The position numbers and the translations under genes were made by a program. 64,000 bases of DNA from contig JAWSUS010000003.1 in the NCBI GenBank assembly GCA_033549025.1, forward strand, positions 1 through 64,000, read 5' to 3'. Every line of letters begins with the position of its first letter. Within the stretch, counting starts at the first letter, position 1. Source of the DNA: Desulfuromonadales bacterium. Lineage in GTDB: Bacteria; Desulfobacterota; Desulfuromonadia; Desulfuromonadales; SZUA-540. The notes beneath the pieces were generated by a model. That model did no database searches. It was not told where the DNA came from and saw only the letters and a list, made by a program, of their open reading frames with translations. Shown piece after piece: positions 1 through 8,203 of the stretch.

Positions 1-69
1 GGTATGCGTTCCAAGTGACACCTCCTATGAGCCTCTTAGGCTAACAGATTGGTGTCCACTTTTTCCAGC

Positions 70-237
70 CTACCTCACGCGCGAGTTCTCATAGATCCAG
101 TCCCGGGCGTCGCTGGCTTCTGCTGCCTTGATGACCCTTTTTAGGCTGTCCTGGTGCTCCAGGGCCGCTTCCCGGTTCTCCAGGGCAAGGTTTCTGCCGA
201 TCTCGAAGCCTCTCTTGTAGTTTTCCTTCTGTTCCAT
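70..237 (-). CDS. Small hypothetical protein (55 aa), paralogue of 473..688
   Basis: Hand-translated as MEQKENYKRGFEIGRNLALENREAALEHQDSLKRVIKAAEASDARDWIYENSRVR*. GGGAGG RBS upstream. Below the ORF-track length cut-off. Confidence 0.65.
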   Translation of the reverse strand: MEQKENYKRGFEIGRNLALENREAALEHQDSLKRVIKAAEASDARDWIYENSRVR

Positions 238-280
238 TCTTCAATTGACCTCCCTTTTTGGTGGTGGTGGTGGTGGAATT

Positions 281-396
281 GCCCTTTTTATAGTGCAAAG
301 CACAGTGTATTGCTAGTAAATAGTTTGGCACCATTTATAGTGCAATTTGGTTCTACAGTGGTTTACTAATAAATCTTTTGGCACTATATATAGTGA
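281..396. promoter_or_regulatory. Three imperfect palindromic sites (GCACTATATATAGTG type) in an AT-rich ~50-bp imperfect duplication
   Basis: GCCCTTTTTATAGTGC 281-296, GCACCATTTATAGTGC 328-343, GCACTATATATAGTGA 381-396. Confidence 0.55.
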
Positions 397-415
397 AAAC
401 GGCTATGTTTTGCCC

Positions 416-453
416 AAAAAAAGAGGGGCCGCACTGCTACGGTCCCCCTTTCC
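416..453 (-). terminator. Rho-independent terminator after ORF 473..688
   Basis: Minus strand AGGGGGACCG-tagcagtg-CGGCCCCTCT followed by a U-tract. Confidence 0.6.
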
Positions 454-472
454 GCCCTCCACCTGCTCTTGC

Positions 473-688
473 CTAGCCGGCAGAATTCAAAACCGAGTCG
501 ATCCCCTCCAGGCACCCTTCCCTTTCCCAGTAGTCGTAGTCCTGCGGGCCGCCGTCTTCCTCCCTTGCGGCCTTCGCCCTCAATAGCGTGTCCTGCCACT
601 GCCGGGCCTTTTCAGGGTTGCCGGTCGCCAGCATTTCCCCGATTCGTCTTCCACAAGTGATTGCCGTTTCTTTTTCCGTCTGTTCCAT
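473..688 (-). CDS. Small hypothetical protein (71 aa)
   Basis: GAAAGGA RBS, downstream terminator, and similarity to 70..237. Confidence 0.65.
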   Translation of the reverse strand: MEQTEKETAITCGRRIGEMLATGNPEKARQWQDTLLRAKAAREEDGGPQDYDYWEREGCLEGIDSVLNSAG

Positions 689-740
689 TGCTCAATTTCC
701 TTTCATTTCAATATGTTGCTGGTTGATTGGCGGGCCTTTT

Positions 741-861
741 TGCTGCCAAACTGCTGCCAAACTGCTGCCAAACTGCTGCCAAACTGCTGCCAAACTGCTG
801 CCAAACTGCTGCCAAACTGCTGCCAATTTGCTGCCAATTTGCTGCCAATTTGCTGCCAATC
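741..861. repeat. 11-bp tandem array, 11 copies of TGCTGCCAA(AC/TT/TC)
   Basis: 7x TGCTGCCAAAC, 3x TGCTGCCAATT, 1x TGCTGCCAATC, immediately downstream of the DotA/TraY stop codon. Confidence 0.97.
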
Positions 862-866
862 TGCTA

Positions 867-3035
867 TCAACTGGATGTCGAAAGTTCGCGGTCTGTCTTG
901 CTGACCTTCGCCTCGTCCTCGCCTGCCCGGCCCCGGGCTTTTCGATCCGCTCCGGCGCCGGGTTCCCCGCCTTCGCTGCCGCCCGACATTGCTTTTTTGG
1001 CTGCTGCACCAGCGCCGCCGCTCATCGGTTTTGTTGCCGCAACGGCAATACCGCGAAGCCGTCCTTCGTCCTGCACCTCGCCTAGATTTTGTTCAAGTTG
1101 ACCGATCCAGCGGATCACTTTTTCCGGAAGATATGTGACCAACCCGAAGATTTTATGGGCAAAAACAACGAAAATTGCACAGAGAATGACGCTTTGAGCA
1201 ATCCAGGTCAGAACTCCAGTCACCCGGCCCGCCTGGACGCTGTTATAGTAAACAAGGAAGCTTTCCCCGATAAAATTTCCGACGACTGCAAAAATGACCA
1301 TAGCAGAGAACAACCCGGCCACCATCAGGGGAGGTCGCGCCAGCACCCCAAACAGCAGCAAATAGCCTTGTCTGCCGTGCTGCCCGGCCATACCCTCCCC
1401 TTCCGGCAGCATGTGTGCGACGGCCCAAAGAGGGGCGGCAAAGAGGGTTTCAACCACCAAAATCAGCCAGCTGATAACGCTGCCGATCCAGAGAACGAAG
1501 GGCAAAAGAGGCAAGTAGAAAGCACAGAACAGGCCGACACCCAGGAGAGTGACAGCGACGGCCCCGACGAGCTGAACAGCGCGGTCAACAACGACTTGCA
1601 AGCCAGATGTTGCGGCATTAGCCCCGCCCAGGGTTATGAGATCCACGACAGGGTTAGAAGCTGCCGCGTCGCCTGCGGCGGTCAGTGCCTGGAGACCGAT
1701 TGCCGCAACCCAGGCGGTTTGCATCCCGCCAATCAGCATATGGCCCCAGTCTGCCAGCGCGGTAATCGGGTCATTTTCTGAGAGCTTCCGCGCCACAAAG
1801 TAGACAGGCCCTTGGCCGTCCAGGCCGATAGCGTCTGTAATAAACTTCGTTGCCCTGACTATCACGGAATCCTCATCAACGCCCTGTTGTGCGGCATTGT
1901 ACCGGGCCTGCCGGGCTTCGCGGGCTTTCGCTTCTGCTGACCACCAAAGTGCATCAAACGCCGGGTCGTTGCTGGAGAAAGAAGCAAGCCGGGCTTGACT
2001 TGCGGGCCTCATCTGAGGCATTCCGCTGGACAAGTCGTGGCTGTAGCCTGAGAACCGGCTGAGAGTCCAGTAATAGGACCCCAGCATCAACCAGCCGTCT
2101 TTCTGGGCCTGCTCGATAAAGCTGTCTAGGCCCTCTTGAAACCGGGGGTTGTTTTGGTTGATGATTTCGCCCAAAACCGGGGTGATCCTCGCCGTGTATT
2201 TGTCCACGGCATTTAAAATAGTGTCCGGGTCCAGTTCACCGGGGGCCGGGACACCATTGTCCTCAAGTTCCTTTTCACTCATGACCGACGCGGCCAGGGT
2301 ATGCGCGGCAGGCTGCAAGGCGCTCAACATGTCAAACATTCCCTGCGCCCGGGCTTGGCAAACGCGGTCCTGGTGGGAGGTGCAAGGAATGATGATTGCG
2401 CCCATTTCTGCGAGTTTTACCGAAGAATCCGCCGGAGGTTCGAAGAAAAGAACGTACTCCGGCCGCTCTGGGGTCGGGTTCGATACCCGGACGATCTGGC
2501 TGAATTCCTGCTGCAGCTTGTAATTCATGTAGCGCTGGGCGGCCATGATCTGGAGCGCCTGCCCGGCTATTTCTTCGGCGTTCTGGCGCAGGGATGGCGG
2601 CGCGGAAACTGTGACCTGGCCGCCGTTGGCCTGGAGGTATGAATAGCCATTCCCTGCCAGGTAGTTGGCAAAAGAAACGGAGTGCCCGACGCAAGCCAAA
2701 ACCACCACCATGAGCATGGAAAGCCCTTTGGCGGAGGGGATCAGCAGGGCGACGCCTACCGCCCCGCGCACGGGGGTCCAGAGGGTTGAGAGCTTGCCCA
2801 AGGGCTTTCCCTCGTGCGCCGTGCCGATGATTCCAATGCTTATCGAGTAGCACAGGACAAGCGTTCCGATGGCTAGGGCAACAACTGACATTGCAGACAA
2901 AAGGGAAATAATCAGGGTTGCCGCTTCGCCGGCAGCGCCGCCGCTTGTGATCTGTCCGAGATTTTCCCAATTCTCGCCAAAAAGGGCTTTTAGCATTGAG
3001 CCGCTGACGTCGCCGGCGGGGATATCTTCAAACAT
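867..3035 (-). CDS. traY: DotA/TraY family conjugative inner-membrane protein (type IVB / MPF-I)
   Basis: N-terminal D-x-S-x-x-x-L-x-x-LFG and GTAHEGKPLGK..LWTPVR motifs; DGWLMLGSYYW; C-terminal YLPLLPFVLW, APLWAVAH.PEGEG, RPPLMVAG and LPEKVIRWIG motifs typical of DotA/TraY. Confidence 0.9.
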   Translation of the reverse strand: MFEDIPAGDVSGSMLKALFGENWENLGQITSGGAAGEAATLIISLLSAMSVVALAIGTLVLCYSISIGIIGTAHEGKPLGKLSTLWTPVRGAVGVALLIPSAKGLSMLMVVVLACVGHSVSFANYLAGNGYSYLQANGGQVTVSAPPSLRQNAEEIAGQALQIMAAQRYMNYKLQQEFSQIVRVSNPTPERPEYVLFFEPPADSSVKLAEMGAIIIPCTSHQDRVCQARAQGMFDMLSALQPAAHTLAASVMSEKELEDNGVPAPGELDPDTILNAVDKYTARITPVLGEIINQNNPRFQEGLDSFIEQAQKDGWLMLGSYYWTLSRFSGYSHDLSSGMPQMRPASQARLASFSSNDPAFDALWWSAEAKAREARQARYNAAQQGVDEDSVIVRATKFITDAIGLDGQGPVYFVARKLSENDPITALADWGHMLIGGMQTAWVAAIGLQALTAAGDAAASNPVVDLITLGGANAATSGLQVVVDRAVQLVGAVAVTLLGVGLFCAFYLPLLPFVLWIGSVISWLILVVETLFAAPLWAVAHMLPEGEGMAGQHGRQGYLLLFGVLARPPLMVAGLFSAMVIFAVVGNFIGESFLVYYNSVQAGRVTGVLTWIAQSVILCAIFVVFAHKIFGLVTYLPEKVIRWIGQLEQNLGEVQDEGRLRGIAVAATKPMSGGAGAAAKKAMSGGSEGGEPGAGADRKARGRAGEDEAKVSKTDRELSTSS

Positions 3036-3037
3036 TT

Positions 3038-3520
3038 TTAGGCCCTCCCCAGAATCCAGTCTTTGAAGAAGAAAAACCGTTCACATTCAAGAACCTGCAC
3101 ACGCCAGTAACGACAGACAACCACGACAATTGACATAAACAGAATCAGGCCCGCGCTGATGATCGGGAATAGAGCGCCGGTTTTGTATCCGAAATACAGG
3201 CCATAGAATGACCCCAGGCCGAAAATGAAATAGATAAAGATCTGAACTTTCATAACCTGGATGACCTTCGGCAACTGCTCCCGCGTGATCCCCCAGTGCT
3301 CCAGGACTTCATCAAAATTGTTCAGGTCTGGCGCTCCGGGGGCGTTCGGGTCGCGGTTAGCATGGAGGCCTTTCAGATGTTGCTTGATCCGGCTTGTCGA
3401 ATTCCTGATGATCTGGTGAGCGTAGCGCCGCTCGTAGGGGTTGACGCCTGCCTTGACGGCCTCGACGTGGCCCCGGGCGAACCATCGAAAGGGTTTTGTG
3501 GTTTTGCTGAAAAATCCCAT
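3038..3520 (-). CDS. IcmV/TraX-like membrane protein
   Basis: 160 aa; FDEVLEHWGIT..L segment, two hydrophobic helices, C-terminal RYWR..L....F.F..W. Directly upstream of dotA/traY, as icmV and traX are. Confidence 0.65.
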   Translation of the reverse strand: MGFFSKTTKPFRWFARGHVEAVKAGVNPYERRYAHQIIRNSTSRIKQHLKGLHANRDPNAPGAPDLNNFDEVLEHWGITREQLPKVIQVMKVQIFIYFIFGLGSFYGLYFGYKTGALFPIISAGLILFMSIVVVVCRYWRVQVLECERFFFFKDWILGRA

Positions 3521-3638
3521 GGTTAGCGCCCTCCGATGTTCTGCAGCAGGCTGAGAAAACCGGCCCCGAAAAAGAAACCCCAGATCCAGCCGCTTGCTTT
3601 GATTTTGAATTCATCGCTAAAAAGTTTTCTTTTCATTG

Positions 3639-3980
3639 TTATTGGTCTCCTTTCAGGGCTGCACAGCATTGACCAGCCTGGTTGCAGTCGCTGTGTTTTT
3701 CATTGATTCGAATAACAGCATCGGTACTGCCTATTTTTGCATGATAGTTTTCAAGGTCTGTCAGCCGTCTGTATTTGCGTTCGATCCTGTCAAGCTGCTT
3801 TCTGAGTACTGTTTCTTTTGTTGAATCGGCTTCAAGTACTGCATCAGCGATTGCGCCTTGAGTTTCGCACATAGCAAGCCCGGTGTTGATCAGTTTGAAT
3901 TGCAGTCTCCGAAACTTATTGTTTGATACGATTACTTGAATGTCACTATCTGGCATTGAATTAAAGCAGGTTCTAAGCAT
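3639..3980 (-). CDS. Hypothetical protein (AT-rich coding sequence)
   Basis: 113-aa ORF with AAGGAG RBS, in the same run as 3986..5353. Confidence 0.55.
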   Translation of the reverse strand: MLRTCFNSMPDSDIQVIVSNNKFRRLQFKLINTGLAMCETQGAIADAVLEADSTKETVLRKQLDRIERKYRRLTDLENYHAKIGSTDAVIRINEKHSDCNQAGQCCAALKGDQ

Positions 3981-3985
3981 GATTG

Positions 3986-4288
3986 TTATTCTCCTTTCTT
4001 GCTGTATTTGTCGACTTGTTTTTGCAATATTTGACGGGCGGCTTCGCTTTTGCTGATCCCGGCCTCCCGGGCCAGACTTTCGAGTTTTTTAAACTGCTTT
4101 TCTGTCAGCTTTATGTCCATTTTCTTGATGATTTCCCCGCGCTCTTTCTTTTTCGAGATCTGCGGTCGGCCCCGGCCCAGCCCTTCGCGCAAAAAATCTG
4201 CGATGTGCCGGCTCTCCCGGGCCGATAGTTCGGCCAAGGAGAGGGAAAGGGCTGCATCCAGGGGGAGGCAGAGGACTTTTTTATTCAC
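3986..4288 (-). CDS. Tandem ribbon-helix-helix (CopG-like) DNA-binding protein; start uncertain (4288 or 4321)
   Basis: C-terminal MDIKLTEKQFKKLESLAREAGISKSEAARQIL fits the RHH pattern; the N-terminal half is a second RHH-like unit. Confidence 0.7.
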   Translation of the reverse strand: MNKKVLCLPLDAALSLSLAELSARESRHIADFLREGLGRGRPQISKKKERGEIIKKMDIKLTEKQFKKLESLAREAGISKSEAARQILQKQVDKYSKKGE

Positions 4289-4880
4289 TTTCTTCACTTT
4301 CTGCAGTCCTTTGTGCATCAAAAATTTTTCTCATATTTTTCAGTTCTTCCGCCCAACCCTCCAGCGTCATCTTCCCCTCATGCGTCCGACGCTTGGTCCG
4401 GTTGTAAATATTTCTGAAAGACTTTAAGTGCTCCTTGAATTCCTCCACCTCTTTTTCAAGCTCAGCAACTCGATTCAACGCCGCGTTGAAAGCCTGCTGC
4501 AGCCCATCCTCGGTCGGCGGAAGCAGATCGTCCTTGCCTGGGATATCCTCCTTGTTGACCTCCATCACGCCCAGTTCGCGGTCTGTTACCTGCATGACCT
4601 TGTAATACCTGACTTCCTTGTCGTTTCCCCTCTTGCTGTAGGCGACGATTTTGGTTCCCATCTCCAGGTAATCCCCTGCCTTGACAGCATCCTTGACCAA
4701 CAAAACGCCACCGCCGTCTCTTTTTTCCAGGAAAGTTCTGTCTAGCCCGCCCTGGATACTCTTATCTTTCCAGACCAATGCGCCCCAGCGTTTGCGGGAC
4801 TGCACGCTGTATCTCGTGTCCAGGAGGTCCAAGGGGTTGTCGATAGTGCCGTCCTCGATTTTCCAGACCATGTATTCCAT
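4281..4880 (-). CDS. Hypothetical protein with C-terminal coiled coil
   Basis: 199-aa ORF with strong AAGGAG RBS. Confidence 0.75.
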   Translation of the reverse strand: MEYMVWKIEDGTIDNPLDLLDTRYSVQSRKRWGALVWKDKSIQGGLDRTFLEKRDGGGVLLVKDAVKAGDYLEMGTKIVAYSKRGNDKEVRYYKVMQVTDRELGVMEVNKEDIPGKDDLLPPTEDGLQQAFNAALNRVAELEKEVEEFKEHLKSFRNIYNRTKRRTHEGKMTLEGWAEELKNMRKIFDAQRTAESEESE

Positions 4881-4939
4881 TTTTCAGTTCTCCTTTTTTG
4901 TTCTGGAGGGGCGAACTCTGCCGCCCCTCCGGTGCTTTT

Positions 4940-5353
4940 TTAAGCGGCTTTTTTTATGCCGCTGATCTGTTGATAGGGCTTATCCCATTGCCCGACGCTG
5001 ATATTGAAATAAAAAGCAGTGTGGAAGTAGTCGGTCATGCTGTCCGACTTGTCGAACCATTCTTGACCCCCTACCGCCTTGCCTGGGGCCGTCCTGATGA
5101 TTTCGACAATCTGATCAAAAAGCTCGGCGTGCTCGCCCAAGTTTTCCGTCCAGTGGTGGTTAATCTGTACGTGCTGATGTTCCTTGTCGTAGTCCGACTT
5201 AAACAAATCACTAAAATCGACAGGGGAGGCCATGATTGAGACATTCACAGAACTATGGTGGTGACGCTGAACAGAAAACTTAAAGTCCTTTCCGAACTTT
5301 TCTTTAAGTGCTTTTCTGATTTCTTTGACTTCCTCTGTGCTGATGTATGCCAT
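4940..5353 (-). CDS. LPD29-like (large polyvalent protein-associated domain) protein
   Basis: EIRKALKEKF..KFSV....SSVNVS and SDSMTDYFHTAFY motifs recalled for LPD29-family proteins of conjugative elements and phages. Confidence 0.7.
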   Translation of the reverse strand: MAYISTEEVKEIRKALKEKFGKDFKFSVQRHHHSSVNVSIMASPVDFSDLFKSDYDKEHQHVQINHHWTENLGEHAELFDQIVEIIRTAPGKAVGGQEWFDKSDSMTDYFHTAFYFNISVGQWDKPYQQISGIKKAA

Positions 5354-5391
5354 TTTTCAGTTCTCCTTTTTGATCTGTTTAAGTTGTCTAT

Positions 5392-5420
5392 ATATTACCC
5401 CTGCCAAAGGTATTTTTCAA
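5392..5420 (-). promoter_or_regulatory. Sigma70-type promoter for the LPD29 to dotA/traY gene run
   Basis: Minus strand TTGAAA-17 bp-TAATAT, ~40 bp upstream of the LPD29 start. Confidence 0.55.
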
Positions 5421-5695
5421 GTAAAAAAATCGTTTTTCTTCTTTTTTTTCAGGTAGTTACGTGTTTGGTTTTAGGGGGTAAAAACCCAACAAAAATAGCA
5501 AGGGTTTTGCTCGGAAAAGAACCGCCTCCGGCAAACCACCACCCCTTCCCCACCCGGTTTTGACTTTGGTTTTGACTTTAAAGAGCAACAGCGACCGGCC
5601 GGGAATCTTTGCGACAGGCGCGTGAGCGCAGGCCCACCGGCCTGTGTGCAACGCAAAGCGTTGTGCATAGGCCGCGGGACTTCTAGCAGAAACCT

Positions 5696-8203
5696 TCAAT
5701 CAAAATCCGGTTCCCAGTCGCTCGCAAGCTCCAATTCAAGCTCCAGTTCTTTTTCTTCAACTTCAGGCTCTGCCGCTGCCTCTTGTCGGGTTTCCAGTTC
5801 CGGTGCGGCTTCCCGGTAATCCAAGCTTGTTTCTTTTTGCTGGGATTTCGCCATTGCCTTCTCCAGTTTTTCCAGGTTTTCAGCCTCAGCGACGATTGAC
5901 CGATCAACATATAAATGGGCGCTGTCTCTGTGCCTCGACATTTGAACGTAGCTCATTTCACGGTTCGTCATTGAGCCGCCGCCCAAGACAAAGGTTTGAC
6001 CGACGGTCACGCCCTGGGCTTTATGCGTCGTGACTGCATAGCCATGGCTTAAATGGCTGTATTTGTCAGAATCGAATTGCACGCGCTCCCCCGAATCCAG
6101 CTTAACCGTCATTCTCCACCCCTCATCCTTACCCGGGATCATCCTTTCCAAGGTTCCCAGAGTTCCGTTTTTGACACCAACCTGTTTGCTGTTCCTCTCA
6201 AAAAGGATTCGGTCTCCTTCCTGAAATTCCAGTTTTCCCCTGCTTTCCGTCTGGATCTCGGCCCCAGGCCCCAGGCGCTTTTCGCTTTTTAAAGTTTCAC
6301 GGGCAAGGGTGTTGAGCTGCTGAACCTCGACCCTTGTTGAAGCAAGCATTAAAGCCTCGGCAGGTCTTGCTTTGTCCCACGCCTGCCGCCAGTCCTGCAC
6401 CATGATTTTCATGGTTTCGGCGCGGTTTTCTCCTATATGCAGGCATCCCCGCTGGGAATACTCACGCAGGGCCTCGGCGGCTCGGCCTGCTGCAAAATGA
6501 TGGGTTGCTTGCACGGCCCAGGCTTCGCGCTGCCGTCTGATCTCAGTCAGTTCAGCAAAGCCGGTTTTGCTAGAAATCGCTTTAAACGCGCCGCCGGCGT
6601 CCACCGGCTGCAGCTGCTTGTCATCGCCGACCAGGACCAGCTTTGCGCCGGATTGCTGGCAGAGGTCTACAAGCCGGGCGGTTTGCCGGCTGCCAACCAT
6701 GCCCGCCTCATCAACGACAAGGACCGACTTGTTGTGAAGCTTCGTTTCGCCTGCCTCGATCTCTGCAAGCAGGGAGTGGATTGTCTGGCTCTTGATGTTG
6801 CTTCCTTCTTCCAGTCCAGCGGCTGCCTTGCCAGCCAGCGCCGCGCCCCGGACTTCATACCCTGACTTTTCCCAGGCTTCGCGGGCTGCGCCCAAGAGAT
6901 AGCTTTTTCCCGCTCCGGCCATGCCGACCAGGGCGCTGACCTGGTTCGGCTTGGCGATAAATTCCAAGGCCGCTGCCTGCTGGTCTGACAGGGTTCTGGA
7001 AGACCGGGCGGCCTCCAGGGCTGCCGGGGTGACAATGTGTGTTGCCCGGGCGGCCATGCTTTCTGCGTTCTGCACCATGTTCCTTTCGATCTGGAGCATT
7101 TCTGCAGTCGTGAAACGTTCTTGTCCGTCTTGGCCGATGAGCCGCACAAGATCAGGGGATTTGTGCAGATCTTCGACAAGGGATTTTATTTCCCTGTAGT
7201 TCATGACCCCCTGGGCTTCGACGGCGACTTTCCGCACCAAGTCTGCTTTTCTAAAAGTTGACTGGCGTTCCGTGAGCTTTAAAAGGATCTCTTCTTTTGT
7301 TGGGCGGGATGGTGGTTCTGTCGCCTGGGCGGCCTTGACTGCCGCCATGTCAAACCCGAACTCCTTGCCCGTGGCTTTCCATTCCTCAAAAAGCTCGCCC
7401 CTGGGCCGGTATTCTTTCTCTTGCCGGGTGTCCAAAGCAGCCACCTGGGCGGCCTTGGCGCCGCTGAATCCTTTTTCCGCAAGCGCCTTCTCGATGGCCT
7501 CTCGGCGCTTACTGAACTCTTTTTCAAGGTCTTTCGGGCTTCCCACGATCCGGAAGGAATCGCCGTCGCGTTCAACTGAGAAGCCCATTTTTTGCATTTC
7601 AGTGGCCAGCTCTGCCCGATAAATAGCGCCGGCCGCCATTTTGTTTTCGAACATCTCCAGAGGCTCTAAAGTCCCAAAGGTGCCGTCTTGCCTGGCGCAT
7701 AGGTTTGCTACCAGCATGTGGGTGTGAAGTTGGGGGTCCTGGGCGCGGCTTGTGCTGTGCTCATAGCCTGCACAGATCAACCCTGCCGGGCGCTCCGCTT
7801 CGGCTCCGCCCTTGCCCCGCCGGGTGACAGCGCAGCCTTCCAGGTGGTCAAGGGCTGCCCTTACCGCACGATCCTGGGCCGCCTGGATCTTCTGCCGGGT
7901 CTCATGATCGGCTTGACTCCAGACCGTCGAAACCGACTTTGGCGCCGAAAAACAGAAGTCCCAGCCGGGGCGGTGATTTTCGCGGCCGGCGCTCTGGACT
8001 AGAGGCACGACGGCGCCCAGGTGGGGGTCATAGCCATTAAACAGGCGCCGATAGTTATCTGAATCGATCTGGCCTGCCAGGTTTAGTGACTGACAGCCTT
8101 GGCCCAACCACTGCCCCGGCGGTTCGCCGCCGGCCTGGTAGTAGTCTTCACTCGCCAGATCTGCCCAATAATCAATGTCTCTGATGATATCAACTGTCAG
8201 CAT
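5696..8203 (-). CDS. MOBF (TrwC-like) relaxase-helicase
   Basis: N-terminal DYW..DYY tyrosines, [27 protein letters not shown] (HUH), FSKRR; RecD-like helicase motifs [35 protein letters not shown]. Confidence 0.95.
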   Translation of the reverse strand: MLTVDIIRDIDYWADLASEDYYQAGGEPPGQWLGQGCQSLNLAGQIDSDNYRRLFNGYDPHLGAVVPLVQSAGRENHRPGWDFCFSAPKSVSTVWSQADHETRQKIQAAQDRAVRAALDHLEGCAVTRRGKGGAEAERPAGLICAGYEHSTSRAQDPQLHTHMLVANLCARQDGTFGTLEPLEMFENKMAAGAIYRAELATEMQKMGFSVERDGDSFRIVGSPKDLEKEFSKRREAIEKALAEKGFSGAKAAQVAALDTRQEKEYRPRGELFEEWKATGKEFGFDMAAVKAAQATEPPSRPTKEEILLKLTERQSTFRKADLVRKVAVEAQGVMNYREIKSLVEDLHKSPDLVRLIGQDGQERFTTAEMLQIERNMVQNAESMAARATHIVTPAALEAARSSRTLSDQQAAALEFIAKPNQVSALVGMAGAGKSYLLGAAREAWEKSGYEVRGAALAGKAAAGLEEGSNIKSQTIHSLLAEIEAGETKLHNKSVLVVDEAGMVGSRQTARLVDLCQQSGAKLVLVGDDKQLQPVDAGGAFKAISSKTGFAELTEIRRQREAWAVQATHHFAAGRAAEALREYSQRGCLHIGENRAETMKIMVQDWRQAWDKARPAEALMLASTRVEVQQLNTLARETLKSEKRLGPGAEIQTESRGKLEFQEGDRILFERNSKQVGVKNGTLGTLERMIPGKDEGWRMTVKLDSGERVQFDSDKYSHLSHGYAVTTHKAQGVTVGQTFVLGGGSMTNREMSYVQMSRHRDSAHLYVDRSIVAEAENLEKLEKAMAKSQQKETSLDYREAAPELETRQEAAAEPEVEEKELELELELASDWEPDFD

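Noticed and set aside
741..861. CRISPR array, or the coding ORFs (588..1085, 692..1009, 713..904, 727..1101) spanning the repeat
   Set aside because: The units are contiguous 11-mers with no spacers and no cas genes. The ORFs are repeat translations overlapping traY.
3357..3614. 85-aa ORF upstream of the icmV/traX-like gene
   Set aside because: Overlaps the icmV/traX-like gene out of frame and has non-protein-like composition.
5641..5671. oriT at the hairpin downstream of the relaxase
   Set aside because: Weaker match to MOBF nic sequences and an atypical position. 11044-11072 fits both sequence and the trwABC layout better.
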